Source: Candidatus Binatia bacterium (GTDB lineage: Bacteria > Desulfobacterota > Binatia > UBA9968 > JAJDTQ01). From it: DNA of 64,000 nt. The stretch spans positions 1,120,001 through 1,184,000 of the forward strand of contig OY762897.2 of the NCBI GenBank assembly GCA_963666515.2, written 5' to 3'. Of the stretch, positions 1 through 9,163 are shown one piece after another (positions within the stretch are counted from its first letter, which is position 1; every line of letters starts with the position of its first letter). The notes below the pieces were generated by a model. That model searched no databases and was not told the DNA's origin. It worked only from the letters and a program-made list of their open reading frames with translations. The position numbers and the translations under genes are program-made.

Positions 1-1
1 C

Positions 2-154
2 GTCGATTTCGTTGAGAAGAACATTCGCGAGGACCAGGAGGCCCTGAAGGACCTGCTGGCGCGAGGGTTCCAGAGCACACCCGTGGTCATCATCGACGGG
101 GAGGCAGTGGTCGGCTTCGATCAGGAGCGGATCGACTCGCTACTCGGGCTCTGA
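2..154 (+). CDS. Glutaredoxin/NrdH-redoxin family protein, C-terminal part (5' end outside window)
   Basis: Frame 2 reads VDFVEKNIREDQEALKDLLARGFQSTPVVIIDGEAVVGFDQERIDSLLGL*; the STP cis-Pro loop and VVGFD are typical of Grx/NrdH-like proteins. Not in the ORF track. Confidence 0.8.
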   Translation, partial: VDFVEKNIREDQEALKDLLARGFQSTPVVIIDGEAVVGFDQERIDSLLGL

Positions 155-156
155 CA

Positions 157-180
157 CGGAGGCCGCGCCCGCGGCCTCCG
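157..180. terminator. GC hairpin between convergent genes, possible bidirectional terminator
   Basis: Perfect 10-bp stem CGGAGGCCGC-gccc-GCGGCCTCCG directly after the Grx stop; no clear U-tract. Confidence 0.5.
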
Positions 181-280
181 GACTCACAGACGACGTACTC
201 TCTTTCCGGCGCGTCCCCGGCGGCCATGCCTTGGTGCGCGCATGGCGCGGCGTCACCGCGGCGCGGGTTCCGGCTCGCCG

Positions 281-2509
281 CTACGGCCGTGGCCGGGCCT
301 TCAACGCCCGGACGATCTTCTCCGGCGTGATCGGGAGGTCGTGGATGCGGACTCCGACGGCGTCGGCGACCGCGTTGGCGACGACCGCGGGCGGCGGAAT
401 GATGGGCGGCTCGCCCACGCCCTTGGCGCCTAGCGGACCCGTTGCGCACGGATGCTGGATCAGGTGTACCTCCACCGGCGGCGCGTCCAGCGCGCTGAAG
501 ATCTTGTAGTCGAGCAGGTTGGGATTGTCCATCTTGCCGTCGGTGAAGGTGCAGGCCTCGCTCAGGGCCTGTCCGAGCCCCTGCATGACCCCTCCCTCGA
601 TCTGCCCCCGCACCGACAGGGGATTGACCGCGGTCCCCACGTCCTGCACCGCCACGTAGCGAAGGACGCGCACGCGGCCCGTCTCGGGATCCACGGCCAC
701 CTCGGCCGCGTGGGCCGCCACCGCGGGGTGGGGGATGAGCCGGGACACCGACTGCGTGCTCACGATGGGGCCGCGTTCATGCTCCAGGGCCTTGCTGCCC
801 ACCTCCCGCAGGGATACGGACCGGTCCGGGCTGCCCTTGACGAAGACCTTGTTGCCGTCCAGTTCGAGATCCGCGGGGTCGGCTTCGAGCGTGTCCGCGG
901 CCACCTGCTGGATCTGCTTCTTCACCTCCCGTGCCGCCAGCAGCACCGCGCCGCCCATGCTCTTCAGGGCCTGGCTGCCGGCGCTGATGGTGGAGTGGGG
1001 CGCGAAGTCGGTATCCGCGGTGCGCACGTGGACGTCGTCGAGAGACACTCCCAGCACTTCCGCGGCGATCTGCGCCAGCGAGGTGCTGGCCCCGCTCAGG
1101 TCCACGACGCCAGTGAGGATGGCGACGGTGCCGTCTTCGTTGAGCTTGACGCCGGCGCTGGACGCCTGGCCCCCGACGAGCCAGTGGGCCGCGGCCATCC
1201 CGCGCCCTACATGGTCTCCGGCCGCCCTGGGGACGGCCTCCATCGCCTCCGCCGCCTTGACCAGCGTCTCCCTGGCGTGAACGTCCTCCAGCCGGGCGCC
1301 GGCGGGCGTCTCGTCGCCTTCCTCCATGACGTTCCGCAGGCGCATCTCCACGGGGTCGATGCCCAGCTCCCGGGCGATGATGTCGATCTGCGACTCGGAG
1401 GCGAAGGTGAGCTGGGGTCCGGCGGGGCCCCGGTAGGCGCCGCAGGTGGAGGTGTTGGTGTAGACGCAGTAGCTGTCGATCTTGAGGTTGGGGATGCGGT
1501 AGGGGCCCGGCGCCCGTACCGCCGCACCCTGGCTGATCATCACGCCGGAGCCGGCGGAGAAACCCGTCCCCAGCACCACCTCGATCTCCCGCGCCGTGAT
1601 GGTGCCGTCGAGCTTGACGCCGGTCTTGTAGCGCAGGTGGAACGGGTGCCTGGGGTTGGTGGTCTGGAAGTCCTCGCCGCGGCTCATGACGATGCGCACC
1701 GGCCGGCGCGCCTTGCGCGCCAGCGCCACTGCCGCAGGCTCGATGGTCGGCGAGATCTTGCCGCCGAAACCTCCGCCGATCTCGGTGGGGATGACCCGCA
1801 CCTTGGTCATGGGCATTCGCAGTATCTGCGCGATGGCGGCGCGCAACGGGAACTGGGCCTGAGTCGGGACCCATACGGTGGCCTTGCCCGACGCGTCGAA
1901 GCGCGCCAGCGCGGTGTGGGGCTCGATATAGGTCTGGTGCACCATCGGCACGTGGAAGCGGTGCTCGAAGACTTGGTCCGCCTCCGCGAAGCCCTGCTCC
2001 AAGTCGCCGCGTACGATCTGCCGGTGGCCGCAAATGTTCCCGCGCCGGTTGAGATCCGGTTGCGACCAGTACTCGTCGGAGTCTTCATGGAGCAGAGGCG
2101 CGTCCGGCGCCATGGCTTCCAATCCCGACGTGACCGCGGGAAGCACCTCGTAGTCCACCTCGACGAGACGCGCCGCTTCCTCCGCGGTCTCCTCGTCCAC
2201 CGCGGCCACCGCAGCGACGCGGTCGCCCACGTAGCGTACCTTGCCGCTGGCGAAGTATTCCTCGTCGCGGACGAACCGCCCGTAGCGTACGGCCGGGAAG
2301 TCGGCCGCGGTGACCACGGCCCGGACGCCCGGAAGCCGCTCGGCCCGCTCGGTGCGGACGGCAACGATGCGGGCGTGGGCGTGGGGGCTCAGCACCATCT
2401 TGCCGCAGAGGACCCGGCCTCCCGGCTCGACGTCCGCGCCGAACACCGACTGCCCGGTGACCTTCTCGAGGATCTCGACCCGGGGTAGCTCCTGACCGAC
2501 GACTTTCAT
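281..2509 (-). CDS. Xanthine dehydrogenase family molybdopterin-binding (large) subunit
   Basis: Starts MKVVGQELPRVEILEKVTG; motifs SPHAHARI, IGGGFGGK, AYRGP, GQIEGG, GAKGVGEP; ATG overlaps the upstream stop (ATGA). Confidence 0.93.
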   Translation of the reverse strand: MKVVGQELPRVEILEKVTGQSVFGADVEPGGRVLCGKMVLSPHAHARIVAVRTERAERLPGVRAVVTAADFPAVRYGRFVRDEEYFASGKVRYVGDRVAAVAAVDEETAEEAARLVEVDYEVLPAVTSGLEAMAPDAPLLHEDSDEYWSQPDLNRRGNICGHRQIVRGDLEQGFAEADQVFEHRFHVPMVHQTYIEPHTALARFDASGKATVWVPTQAQFPLRAAIAQILRMPMTKVRVIPTEIGGGFGGKISPTIEPAAVALARKARRPVRIVMSRGEDFQTTNPRHPFHLRYKTGVKLDGTITAREIEVVLGTGFSAGSGVMISQGAAVRAPGPYRIPNLKIDSYCVYTNTSTCGAYRGPAGPQLTFASESQIDIIARELGIDPVEMRLRNVMEEGDETPAGARLEDVHARETLVKAAEAMEAVPRAAGDHVGRGMAAAHWLVGGQASSAGVKLNEDGTVAILTGVVDLSGASTSLAQIAAEVLGVSLDDVHVRTADTDFAPHSTISAGSQALKSMGGAVLLAAREVKKQIQQVAADTLEADPADLELDGNKVFVKGSPDRSVSLREVGSKALEHERGPIVSTQSVSRLIPHPAVAAHAAEVAVDPETGRVRVLRYVAVQDVGTAVNPLSVRGQIEGGVMQGLGQALSEACTFTDGKMDNPNLLDYKIFSALDAPPVEVHLIQHPCATGPLGAKGVGEPPIIPPPAVVANAVADAVGVRIHDLPITPEKIVRALKARPRP

Positions 2510-2979
2510 GATTCCTTCGCCGCCTCCATGACCGCCTGGATGATGGTGCCGTAGCCGGTGCAGCGGCACAGGTTGCCGGCAATGCCGTGGACGACCTCTT
2601 CGCGAGTGGGCGAGGGGTTCCGGTCCAGCAGGGACTTGCAGGCCATGAGCATGCCCGGGGTGCAGTAGCCGCACTGGGCCGCTCCGGTTGCGGCGAAGGT
2701 CCGCTGGAGCGGGTGCAGGTCTTCGCCGTCGGCCAGCCCCTCCACGGTCTCCACGCTTCGTCCGTCTGCCTCCGCGGCGAAGATCAGGCAGGCGTCCACC
2801 AGACGCCCGTCGAGGATCACCGCGCAGGCGCCGCACTCCCCTTCGCTGCATCCTTCCTTGGTGCCGGTGAGGCCCAGGTCGTCGCGCAGGAAATCGAGGA
2901 GGGAGCGCGTGGCCGGCACTTCCTCCCGGAAGGGTTCGCCGTTCACCGTCACCGTGATCGCGATGCGTTCTGCCGCCAT
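2506..2979 (-). CDS. (2Fe-2S)-binding small subunit, CoxS/XdhC type
   Basis: GTKEGCSEGECGAC, QCGYCTPG, GNLCRCTGY. Confidence 0.95.
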   Translation of the reverse strand: MAAERIAITVTVNGEPFREEVPATRSLLDFLRDDLGLTGTKEGCSEGECGACAVILDGRLVDACLIFAAEADGRSVETVEGLADGEDLHPLQRTFAATGAAQCGYCTPGMLMACKSLLDRNPSPTREEVVHGIAGNLCRCTGYGTIIQAVMEAAKES

Positions 2980-3854
2980 CAGGACTCGCCTCCCGCGCGC
3001 TGACACGCGTCTTCGATGGCCCGGCGTGTGAGCACACGGACCATCTCCGTCCGGTAATCGGCGCCGGCGCGCACGTCGTCGATGGGTTGCGCGTCATCCG
3101 CGGCGGCTTCCGCGGCCTCCGCGGCGAGGTCGGGGCCTGGCCGCCGGCCCACGAGGCGGCTTTCCGCGGAGGCCGCCCGTAGCGGCGTCGGCCCCACCGC
3201 GCCCAGGGCGATGCGCGCCTCCCCGATGAGGCCGTCTTCGTCCAGCCGCACGAAGGCCGCGCAGTTCACCACCGCGATGTCCATGGCGGTGCGCACACAA
3301 CGCTGAAAGGCGCTTGCGGCGCGGGCGGGCATGGCCGGGATGAGGATTGCCGTCAGGAGTTCGCCGTGCCGGAGCGCGGTCCTGCCGGGGCCCAGGAAGA
3401 GCTGGTCGACCGGCATCTCCCGGGTTCCGCTGGCGTCCGCGGCTTCCACCGAGGCGCCCAGCGCCAGCAATGGGGTCGCCGTGTCCGCGGCGGGGGAGGC
3501 GTTGGCCAGGTTGCCGCCGATGGTGGCGCGGTTCCGGGTCTGGGTCGAGCCCACCACCCGCGCGGACCGGGCCAGGGCGTCGTACTGGTTGGCGATCATC
3601 GAGGAGGCGCTCAGGCGGTCCATGAGAGCAAGCGCGCCGATGCGAACTCCGCCGTCCGCCGCCTCGATCCGGTCCAGTCCAGGAATCCGTTTCAGATCGA
3701 CCACCGTGTCCGGCTGCGTTTGCCGGCGCTCCATCTTGAGAAACAGATCCGTTCCTCCGGCCAGGGGAACGGCCTGGGGCGTCAGCAATGAAAGGGCTTC
3801 GTCGAGGCGGCGCGGAGCCAGGTAGTGGAAGGGCCTCATGGTTTCAGCGGCCAT
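2979..3854 (-). CDS. FAD-binding medium subunit, CoxM type
   Basis: LAGGTDL, RNRATIGGNLANASPAAD, ALGAVGPTP, PIDDVRA. Confidence 0.93.
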   Translation of the reverse strand: MAAETMRPFHYLAPRRLDEALSLLTPQAVPLAGGTDLFLKMERRQTQPDTVVDLKRIPGLDRIEAADGGVRIGALALMDRLSASSMIANQYDALARSARVVGSTQTRNRATIGGNLANASPAADTATPLLALGASVEAADASGTREMPVDQLFLGPGRTALRHGELLTAILIPAMPARAASAFQRCVRTAMDIAVVNCAAFVRLDEDGLIGEARIALGAVGPTPLRAASAESRLVGRRPGPDLAAEAAEAAADDAQPIDDVRAGADYRTEMVRVLTRRAIEDACQRAGGES

Positions 3855-4061
3855 TCATCGCACTTTTTGGCGGGTGATGCAATTCAGCCAAGGTTTCGGA
3901 AGCGGATGGGGAACCGGCGTCAGTCCAATAAGGAGAGCAAAGGGTGCTTGCGCGGCCCGTATCTTGGCGGGCGCCGGCCTTTCCTGATAGTTCTTGGGCT
4001 GTCGACGCGCGGGCCGCTGGATCGAGGGCGCTGTCTTGGCGCGTGAGGAAGAAAGGGGAAG

Positions 4062-4589
4062 ATGACCATGAACAAGGTATGCTTGCGGGCGGTTCTTCTG
4101 CTGCTGTTGATTCCGATGGCTGCCCATGCCGCGCCGCCGGACCTGAAGACGCCCGCGCCGGTGATCTACCTCGCCGACAACCTCGATGAAAAGGACAAGC
4201 TGGGTTGGTGCATCGACACGGTCGGACGGGGGTTCGGCGAGCGGTTGCATGCCCACTCGTGCAAGCCGCGGGGCGGCGACGTGCAGTTCCGCTATGACAA
4301 GGACGCGCGGCGGATCGCCTCGGCCACGTACGACGGCAAGTGCGCCACGCTGACGGCGCCGCCGGCGGCCGGCGGTTCGCTCGGGCTGGTGGATTGCTCG
4401 AAGGACTCGGCCGCGCAGGACTTCTACTACGACGGCGGGACCATGGAGTTCCGGCCCGGGGCCGACCGGACCCTCTGTCTCGCGGCGGGCGCCGCAAGCA
4501 GGAGCGCGGGTCCGTACATGTCCCGCAATCTCGAGCTGGCTCCATGCGCCTCCACCGACGCCGCGCTCAAGCAGTGGCGCATCAAGTGA
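4062..4589 (+). CDS. Secreted ricin-B (beta-trefoil) lectin-like protein
   Basis: Signal peptide ending AAHA; three Cys-containing repeats (WCIDT, KCATL, LCLAA) with Q-x-F/Q-W endings. Confidence 0.7.
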   Translation: MTMNKVCLRAVLLLLLIPMAAHAAPPDLKTPAPVIYLADNLDEKDKLGWCIDTVGRGFGERLHAHSCKPRGGDVQFRYDKDARRIASATYDGKCATLTAPPAAGGSLGLVDCSKDSAAQDFYYDGGTMEFRPGADRTLCLAAGAASRSAGPYMSRNLELAPCASTDAALKQWRIK

Positions 4590-5638
4590 AACGGGTGCCG
4601 AAGGCCGGCATCGGTGGGCGCGGGAGCAGCCGGAACCCCCATAACCGCTTCGAGCCCCTCGCCTTCGTCCCGGACGGCGCTCCCGTGGGGCCGGCCACCC
4701 GTTTCCTCAAGGATACCTCCCGGTCCATCATCGCCTACAATGACAGCCCCGACGTGGGCTTCGAGGCCAGCGTCAATCCGTACCGGGGCTGCGAGCACGG
4801 CTGCATCTACTGCTACGCCCGGCCCACCCACGAATACCTGGGCTTCTCCGCGGGCCTGGACTTCGAGTCCCGGATCCTGGTGAAGGAGGAAGCGCCGGAG
4901 CTTCTGAGAAAGGAGCTGGCGTCGCCCCGGTGGAAGCCGCAGGTGATCGCGCTGTGCGGCGTGACCGATCCCTATCAGCCCGTGGAACGGCGCCTGGAAC
5001 TGACGCGGGATTGCCTGAAGGTGCTGGCGGCATTTCGCAATCCGGTAGCTATCGTCACCAAGAACCACCTGGTGACGCGGGACGTGGACATCCTGAAGGA
5101 GTTGGCCGACCGGGACGCGGCCGTAGTGTTCATCTCGGTCACCACGCTGGACGGCGACCTGTGCGGCCGCATGGAGCCGCGGACCTCCCAGCCTCATCTG
5201 CGCCTCGACGCCATCCGCGCCCTGAGCGAGGCCGGCATACCCGTGGGGGTCCTGGTGGCGCCGGTGATCCCGGCGCTGACCGACCACGAGATGCCGGCGA
5301 TCCTGGCCGCCGCGGCCGAAGCGGGCGCGGGATGCGCCGGCTACGTGCTCATGCGGCTGCCGTTCGCCGTCAAGGAGCTGTTCGAGACATGGCTGGAGGA
5401 GCACTTCCCCGACCGCAAGGAGAAGGTGCTGAACCGCATCCGGGAGATCCGCGGCGGCAGGCTCAACGACCCCGGTTTCGGGACGCGGATGAAGGGGGAG
5501 GGGATCTTCGCCGAGCAGGTGGAGGCGATGTTTCGCGCCACCTGCCGGAAGCTCGGTCTGACGCGCAGAAGCTGGAGTCTTTCGACCGCTTCATTCCGCG
5601 CCGACCGCGATCAGCTTTCCCTGTTCGGGGACGCGTAG
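4586..5638 (+). CDS. Radical SAM protein, PA0069/Rv2578c (SPL-like) family
   Basis: NPYRGCEHGCIYCYARPTH (CxxxCxxC), TDPYQPVER, C-terminal QLSLF; GTG start overlaps the lectin stop. Confidence 0.9.
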   Translation: MKRVPKAGIGGRGSSRNPHNRFEPLAFVPDGAPVGPATRFLKDTSRSIIAYNDSPDVGFEASVNPYRGCEHGCIYCYARPTHEYLGFSAGLDFESRILVKEEAPELLRKELASPRWKPQVIALCGVTDPYQPVERRLELTRDCLKVLAAFRNPVAIVTKNHLVTRDVDILKELADRDAAVVFISVTTLDGDLCGRMEPRTSQPHLRLDAIRALSEAGIPVGVLVAPVIPALTDHEMPAILAAAAEAGAGCAGYVLMRLPFAVKELFETWLEEHFPDRKEKVLNRIREIRGGRLNDPGFGTRMKGEGIFAEQVEAMFRATCRKLGLTRRSWSLSTASFRADRDQLSLFGDA

Positions 5639-5706
5639 GGCCACCGCGGGTCGCCCCTACTGGGTTCATCGCTGGGTATGTGTAGGGGCGACCCGCGGTC
5701 GCCCCT
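5635..5706. repeat. GTAG-family REP doublet (REPIN-like), copy 1
   Basis: Two inverted GTAGGGGCGACCCGCGGT(C/G)GCCC units around a 21-bp spacer; near-identical copy at 37481-37554. Confidence 0.85.
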
Positions 5707-5716
5707 GCGATACTCC

Positions 5717-6481
5717 TCACGGCATCAACTCGCCGCCGTTCACTCCCACCACCTGCCCGGTCATGTAGCTGCTGGCAGGGCTCAGCAGGAAGACGGCCAG
5801 GTCGGCCACCTCGCTCGGCTCGCCCAGCCGCCCCATGGGGACGATCTTCGAACGGTCCGACTTGCGCTTCTCCAGCGCTTCGCCGGTGAGGCCGCGGCGC
5901 CACATGGGCGTGTCGATGGGTCCCGGCGCCAACGCGTTGATGCGGATGCCGTGCCCGGCCACCTCGCGGGCCACCGCCTTGGTGAGGGCCGCGATGCCGG
6001 CCTTGGCCGCGGAGTAGTGGGACGCCCATTCCTGGCCCTTGAGACCGTGCATGGAGGACAGGCTCGCGATGACGCCGAAGCCGGCTTCCATCATCAACGG
6101 CAGGGCCGCGCGTATGCAGTAGAAGGTTCCGTTCAGGTGCACGTCTATCATGCGCGCCCAGTCCGCGTCGCTGATTTCGTGCACGGGCTTCTGCTGGGAT
6201 ATCCCGGCTACGTTCATGAGGTAGGCGAGGCTGCCGAACTCGGCGCGGGTCCTGGCGATAGCGTCGTTCACCTGGTCCGAGCGGGTGACATCCAACTCCA
6301 GGGGCAGGGCGGCGCCTCCGTTGGCGCTGATGCGCGCGGCGGTCCCCTGGGCCTTGGCCGCGTCCACGTCGGCCACGGCCACCTTGACTCCCGCCTCGCC
6401 CAGCTTGAGCGCGATGGCCTGGCCGATGCCGCTGCCGCCGCCGGTTACGAATGCGCTGTCACGTTCCATGTCCCACTGCAT
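5717..6481 (-). CDS. SDR family NAD(P)-dependent oxidoreductase
   Basis: VTGGGSGIG, NVAG, YSAAK, PGPIDT. Confidence 0.93.
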   Translation of the reverse strand: MQWDMERDSAFVTGGGSGIGQAIALKLGEAGVKVAVADVDAAKAQGTAARISANGGAALPLELDVTRSDQVNDAIARTRAEFGSLAYLMNVAGISQQKPVHEISDADWARMIDVHLNGTFYCIRAALPLMMEAGFGVIASLSSMHGLKGQEWASHYSAAKAGIAALTKAVAREVAGHGIRINALAPGPIDTPMWRRGLTGEALEKRKSDRSKIVPMGRLGEPSEVADLAVFLLSPASSYMTGQVVGVNGGELMP

Positions 6482-6595
6482 GAGGGCCTCCGGTTTTCAT
6501 ATGGTTGAGGCGAGGACAGTAGCAGCCGCCCATCGGGCCGGTCAAACAATCAGACGGACGGGCCGCCTGCCTGTCGCGACCCGCTGCCTCCCGTC

Positions 6596-6624
6596 CTGGA
6601 TCCCGGGTCAAGCCCGGGATGACG
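6596..6624 (-). repeat. CGTC-family REP palindrome, single copy
   Basis: Reverse complement reads CGTCATCCCGGGCTTGACCCGGGATCCAG; same architecture as the copies at 22593 and 57667. Confidence 0.7.
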
Positions 6625-6699
6625 AAGAGGGGGTTCCTGTCGCGCCTCCCGGACCGATCTGGTAAACATCACGTCACCCAACGCAACGGGAGGTTCTCC

Positions 6700-7638
6700 G
6701 TGGAGTATCGTCAGCTTGGAACGTCCGGGGTCCGTGTTTCCGCCATCGGCCTCGGCACCAACCGGTTCGGCTCGGCGGCGTTGCCGCAGGACGGCGTGAC
6801 CGCCATCATCGACGCGGCCGTGGACCTCGGCATCAATTTCATCGACACGTCCAACAGCTACCAGGAAGGCCGCTCCGAGGAAACGCTGGGGAACGCATTG
6901 AAGGGACGGCGGGACCGTTTCGTGGTGGCCACCAAGTTCTTCTTTCCCACGGGTGACGGCGCCAACGACCGGGGCACGTCGCGCTACCATCTCATGAACG
7001 CGGTGGAGGGAAGTCTCCGGCGGCTGCAAAGCGATCACATCGACCTCTACTACATCCACCGGTGGGACGACGCCACTCCCATCCAGGAGACCCTGCGGGC
7101 GCTGGACGACCTCATCCGGCAGGGCAAGGTCCGCTACATCGGCGGCTCCGACTTTGCCTCGTGGCAACTGGCCCACGCCAACGTCCTGGCCGAGTTCCGC
7201 GGCTGGACCGCGTTCGCCGTGATGCAGTCCCACTACCACATGCTGGAAAGAGACGTGGAGCGCGAGATGCTGCCCTATTGCCGCGCCCACGGCGTTGGCT
7301 TCGTCCCCTATTTCCCGCTGGCCGGCGGGTTCCTCACCGGCAAGTACGTCAGGGGCGAGAAACCGCCGCCCGGGTCCCGCGGCGAGAGCGCTCCGTACGT
7401 GCAGAAGTACATGACCGACGCCAACTACGACGTGGTGGAGCGCCTGACGGCATGGGCCGCGGCGCGGGGACGGGGGCTGAACGAGCTTGCGCAATGCTGG
7501 CTGCTGGCGCAGCCGCGGGTCTGTTCGGTCATTTCGGGCGCGACCCGGCTTTCGCAGGTCCAGGACAATGCCGGGGCGGCGGAATGGGAGATGACGCCGT
7601 CGGAGTTGACGGAGGTCGGCGAGATGCTGGGCGTGTGA
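6700..7638 (+). CDS. Aldo/keto reductase
   Basis: GTG start after GGGAGG; YRQLGTSGVRVSAIGLG, IDTSNSY, VATKF, YIHRWD (catalytic tetrad D/Y/K/H). Confidence 0.93.
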   Translation: MEYRQLGTSGVRVSAIGLGTNRFGSAALPQDGVTAIIDAAVDLGINFIDTSNSYQEGRSEETLGNALKGRRDRFVVATKFFFPTGDGANDRGTSRYHLMNAVEGSLRRLQSDHIDLYYIHRWDDATPIQETLRALDDLIRQGKVRYIGGSDFASWQLAHANVLAEFRGWTAFAVMQSHYHMLERDVEREMLPYCRAHGVGFVPYFPLAGGFLTGKYVRGEKPPPGSRGESAPYVQKYMTDANYDVVERLTAWAAARGRGLNELAQCWLLAQPRVCSVISGATRLSQVQDNAGAAEWEMTPSELTEVGEMLGV

Positions 7639-7666
7639 CGCCGCGGTCGCGAAGAGGTTGGGCGGG

Positions 7667-8146
7667 TCAGTGCAGGACCCGTACGAAGGGCTTGATCTCG
7701 ATGATGTCCACGCCGCCGGCGTCCTCGGCCGCGGTTTCCCGCTTCCGTCTGTGCGAGGACTCGTTCAGCAGCAGCACCACCATGCGCCACAGTTCCTGTT
7801 TCTCCACCGGCAGGTGCAGGAACAGGTCGGCGCCGACAGCCAGACCCCTGCGATGGTCCGATATGAGATGACCCGAGAGCATCAGGATGATGGGGGTGTG
7901 CTGGTGGGCGTCCAGACGTCGGAGGGCTCGACAGAGGTCGAACCCGTTCAACGGTCCCTTGAGAAAACCGTTCACGAGGAACAGGTTCACTTCTCGCGCG
8001 GTGGTCTCGGACAATGCCTCTCGACCCTCCGCGGCCCTGAGCACCTCGATGGCAGGCGAGAGTTCCTTCAGATGTCCTGACAGCGTCTCGGTGTGGCTCC
8101 TGTAGCTTTCCGCGATCAGTATCCTGGGTTGTACGCTCTGTGCCAT
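7667..8146 (-). CDS. Stand-alone atypical (pseudo-)receiver domain protein
   Basis: CheY-like pattern (RILIAE, NGFDLCRALR, TPIILM, GADLFL), but the phospho-Asp and conserved Lys are replaced. Start could instead be 8173. Confidence 0.7.
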   Translation of the reverse strand: MAQSVQPRILIAESYRSHTETLSGHLKELSPAIEVLRAAEGREALSETTAREVNLFLVNGFLKGPLNGFDLCRALRRLDAHQHTPIILMLSGHLISDHRRGLAVGADLFLHLPVEKQELWRMVVLLLNESSHRRKRETAAEDAGGVDIIEIKPFVRVLH

Positions 8147-8313
8147 AACGCTTCCGTCACTAGCAAGTTTCATCGCCGCCGAGCCGGGGACGTGCCCCGT
8201 TTTCGAGCCCGGCTCAAGCCCTGCAAGGCTTTCTCCTCCCAAGGAGAAGAGCAAAGACCGCATTCAATAATGCCGATCAAGCGGAGTCAAGACCTGCCGG
8301 CGAAAAAATTTCG

Positions 8314-9126
8314 TCAGTCGACGCGCGCCAGGAAGCGCCGGACGGCGGCGTGTGCGGCCTCCGGATTGGCGAAGAAGTAGCTGTGCCGTTCGCCCGGCAG
8401 CACTACCAGTTCCGCGCCCGGTATGCCGTTTTCGAGGATCCCCGATGAGGTGCGATGGTTCATGTCGCTGGTGACGTTGCGGTCGTCCTCGCCGACGAGT
8501 ATCAGGGCAGGGACGCGGATCTCGCCCAGCCGGCCACTGGTGTCGTGTCCCTGCCGGGCCAGCAGGTGGCGGAAATAGAACTCCACCGGCCCCATGTTGG
8601 CCATGCGCACGCGCAGGTAGTTCTCAACCCGGTCGGGGTGTCGCGCCGCGAACTCGTCGGTGAAGCCCACCAGGATGGAGTGGTCGCGGACGTACTTCTC
8701 GTAGCCCCACTCCACCATCTCCGTGGCGATCTTGAGGGGGATGCCCTTGGTGTCGGGAAACGAGGCTCCCGTGGATGCCAGGACCAGGGCCTTGATCCGC
8801 GAGGGATGGTCCAGGGCCATGAGCTGAGCCACGCGGCCGCCCATGGAGTGGCCGCAGACGACGGCCTCGGGCGCGTCCAGATGGTCGAGCAGCGTCATGG
8901 CGTCGTCGGCGAACATCTGCGTGGTGTAGGGGATCGCCGGCTTGCCCGACCGGCCGGTGCCCCGGTAGTCCATGATGATGACCCGGTGGTCCCGGGAGAA
9001 CTCCGGCACCTGGTGGATCTTCCAGACCTCGCCGTCACAGTGGGTCTCGCTGAGGAACAGGAACGGGTCTCCCTGGCCGTGGACCTCGTAGTACAGTTCG
9101 GTGTCGTTGACCTTGAGCAGGGGCAT
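8314..9126 (-). CDS. Alpha/beta hydrolase (enol-lactone hydrolase-like)
   Basis: DYRGTGRS, GHSMGG nucleophile elbow, GEDD, GERH. Confidence 0.9.
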   Translation of the reverse strand: MPLLKVNDTELYYEVHGQGDPFLFLSETHCDGEVWKIHQVPEFSRDHRVIIMDYRGTGRSGKPAIPYTTQMFADDAMTLLDHLDAPEAVVCGHSMGGRVAQLMALDHPSRIKALVLASTGASFPDTKGIPLKIATEMVEWGYEKYVRDHSILVGFTDEFAARHPDRVENYLRVRMANMGPVEFYFRHLLARQGHDTSGRLGEIRVPALILVGEDDRNVTSDMNHRTSSGILENGIPGAELVVLPGERHSYFFANPEAAHAAVRRFLARVD

Positions 9127-9163
9127 GGAACCTCCGGGGGATGTCGGGTGCGGATGGCGGGCG

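Noticed and set aside
452-2488. Long antisense and alternate-frame ORFs (also 34736-37378, 26857-28830, 42108-44465, 38961-41273 and many others)
   Set aside because: Shadow ORFs expected in high-GC coding DNA; Arg/Gly/Pro-rich or antisense-biased composition, no motifs, and full overlap with well-supported genes.
281-2509. Aerobic CO dehydrogenase CoxL
   Set aside because: Lacks the AYxCSFR Cu-binding loop, and no cox accessory genes are adjacent.
281-3097. 938-aa ORF-track call for the Mo subunit
   Set aside because: The first ~195 aa overlap the FeS and FAD genes in another frame; homology begins at ATG 2509.
3855-4061. Moco riboswitch upstream of the Mo-hydroxylase operon
   Set aside because: I could not find the conserved elements of that motif on the minus strand.
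5635-5706. CRISPR mini-array
   Set aside because: The units are inverted rather than direct, the spacer is conserved between loci, and no cas genes are present.
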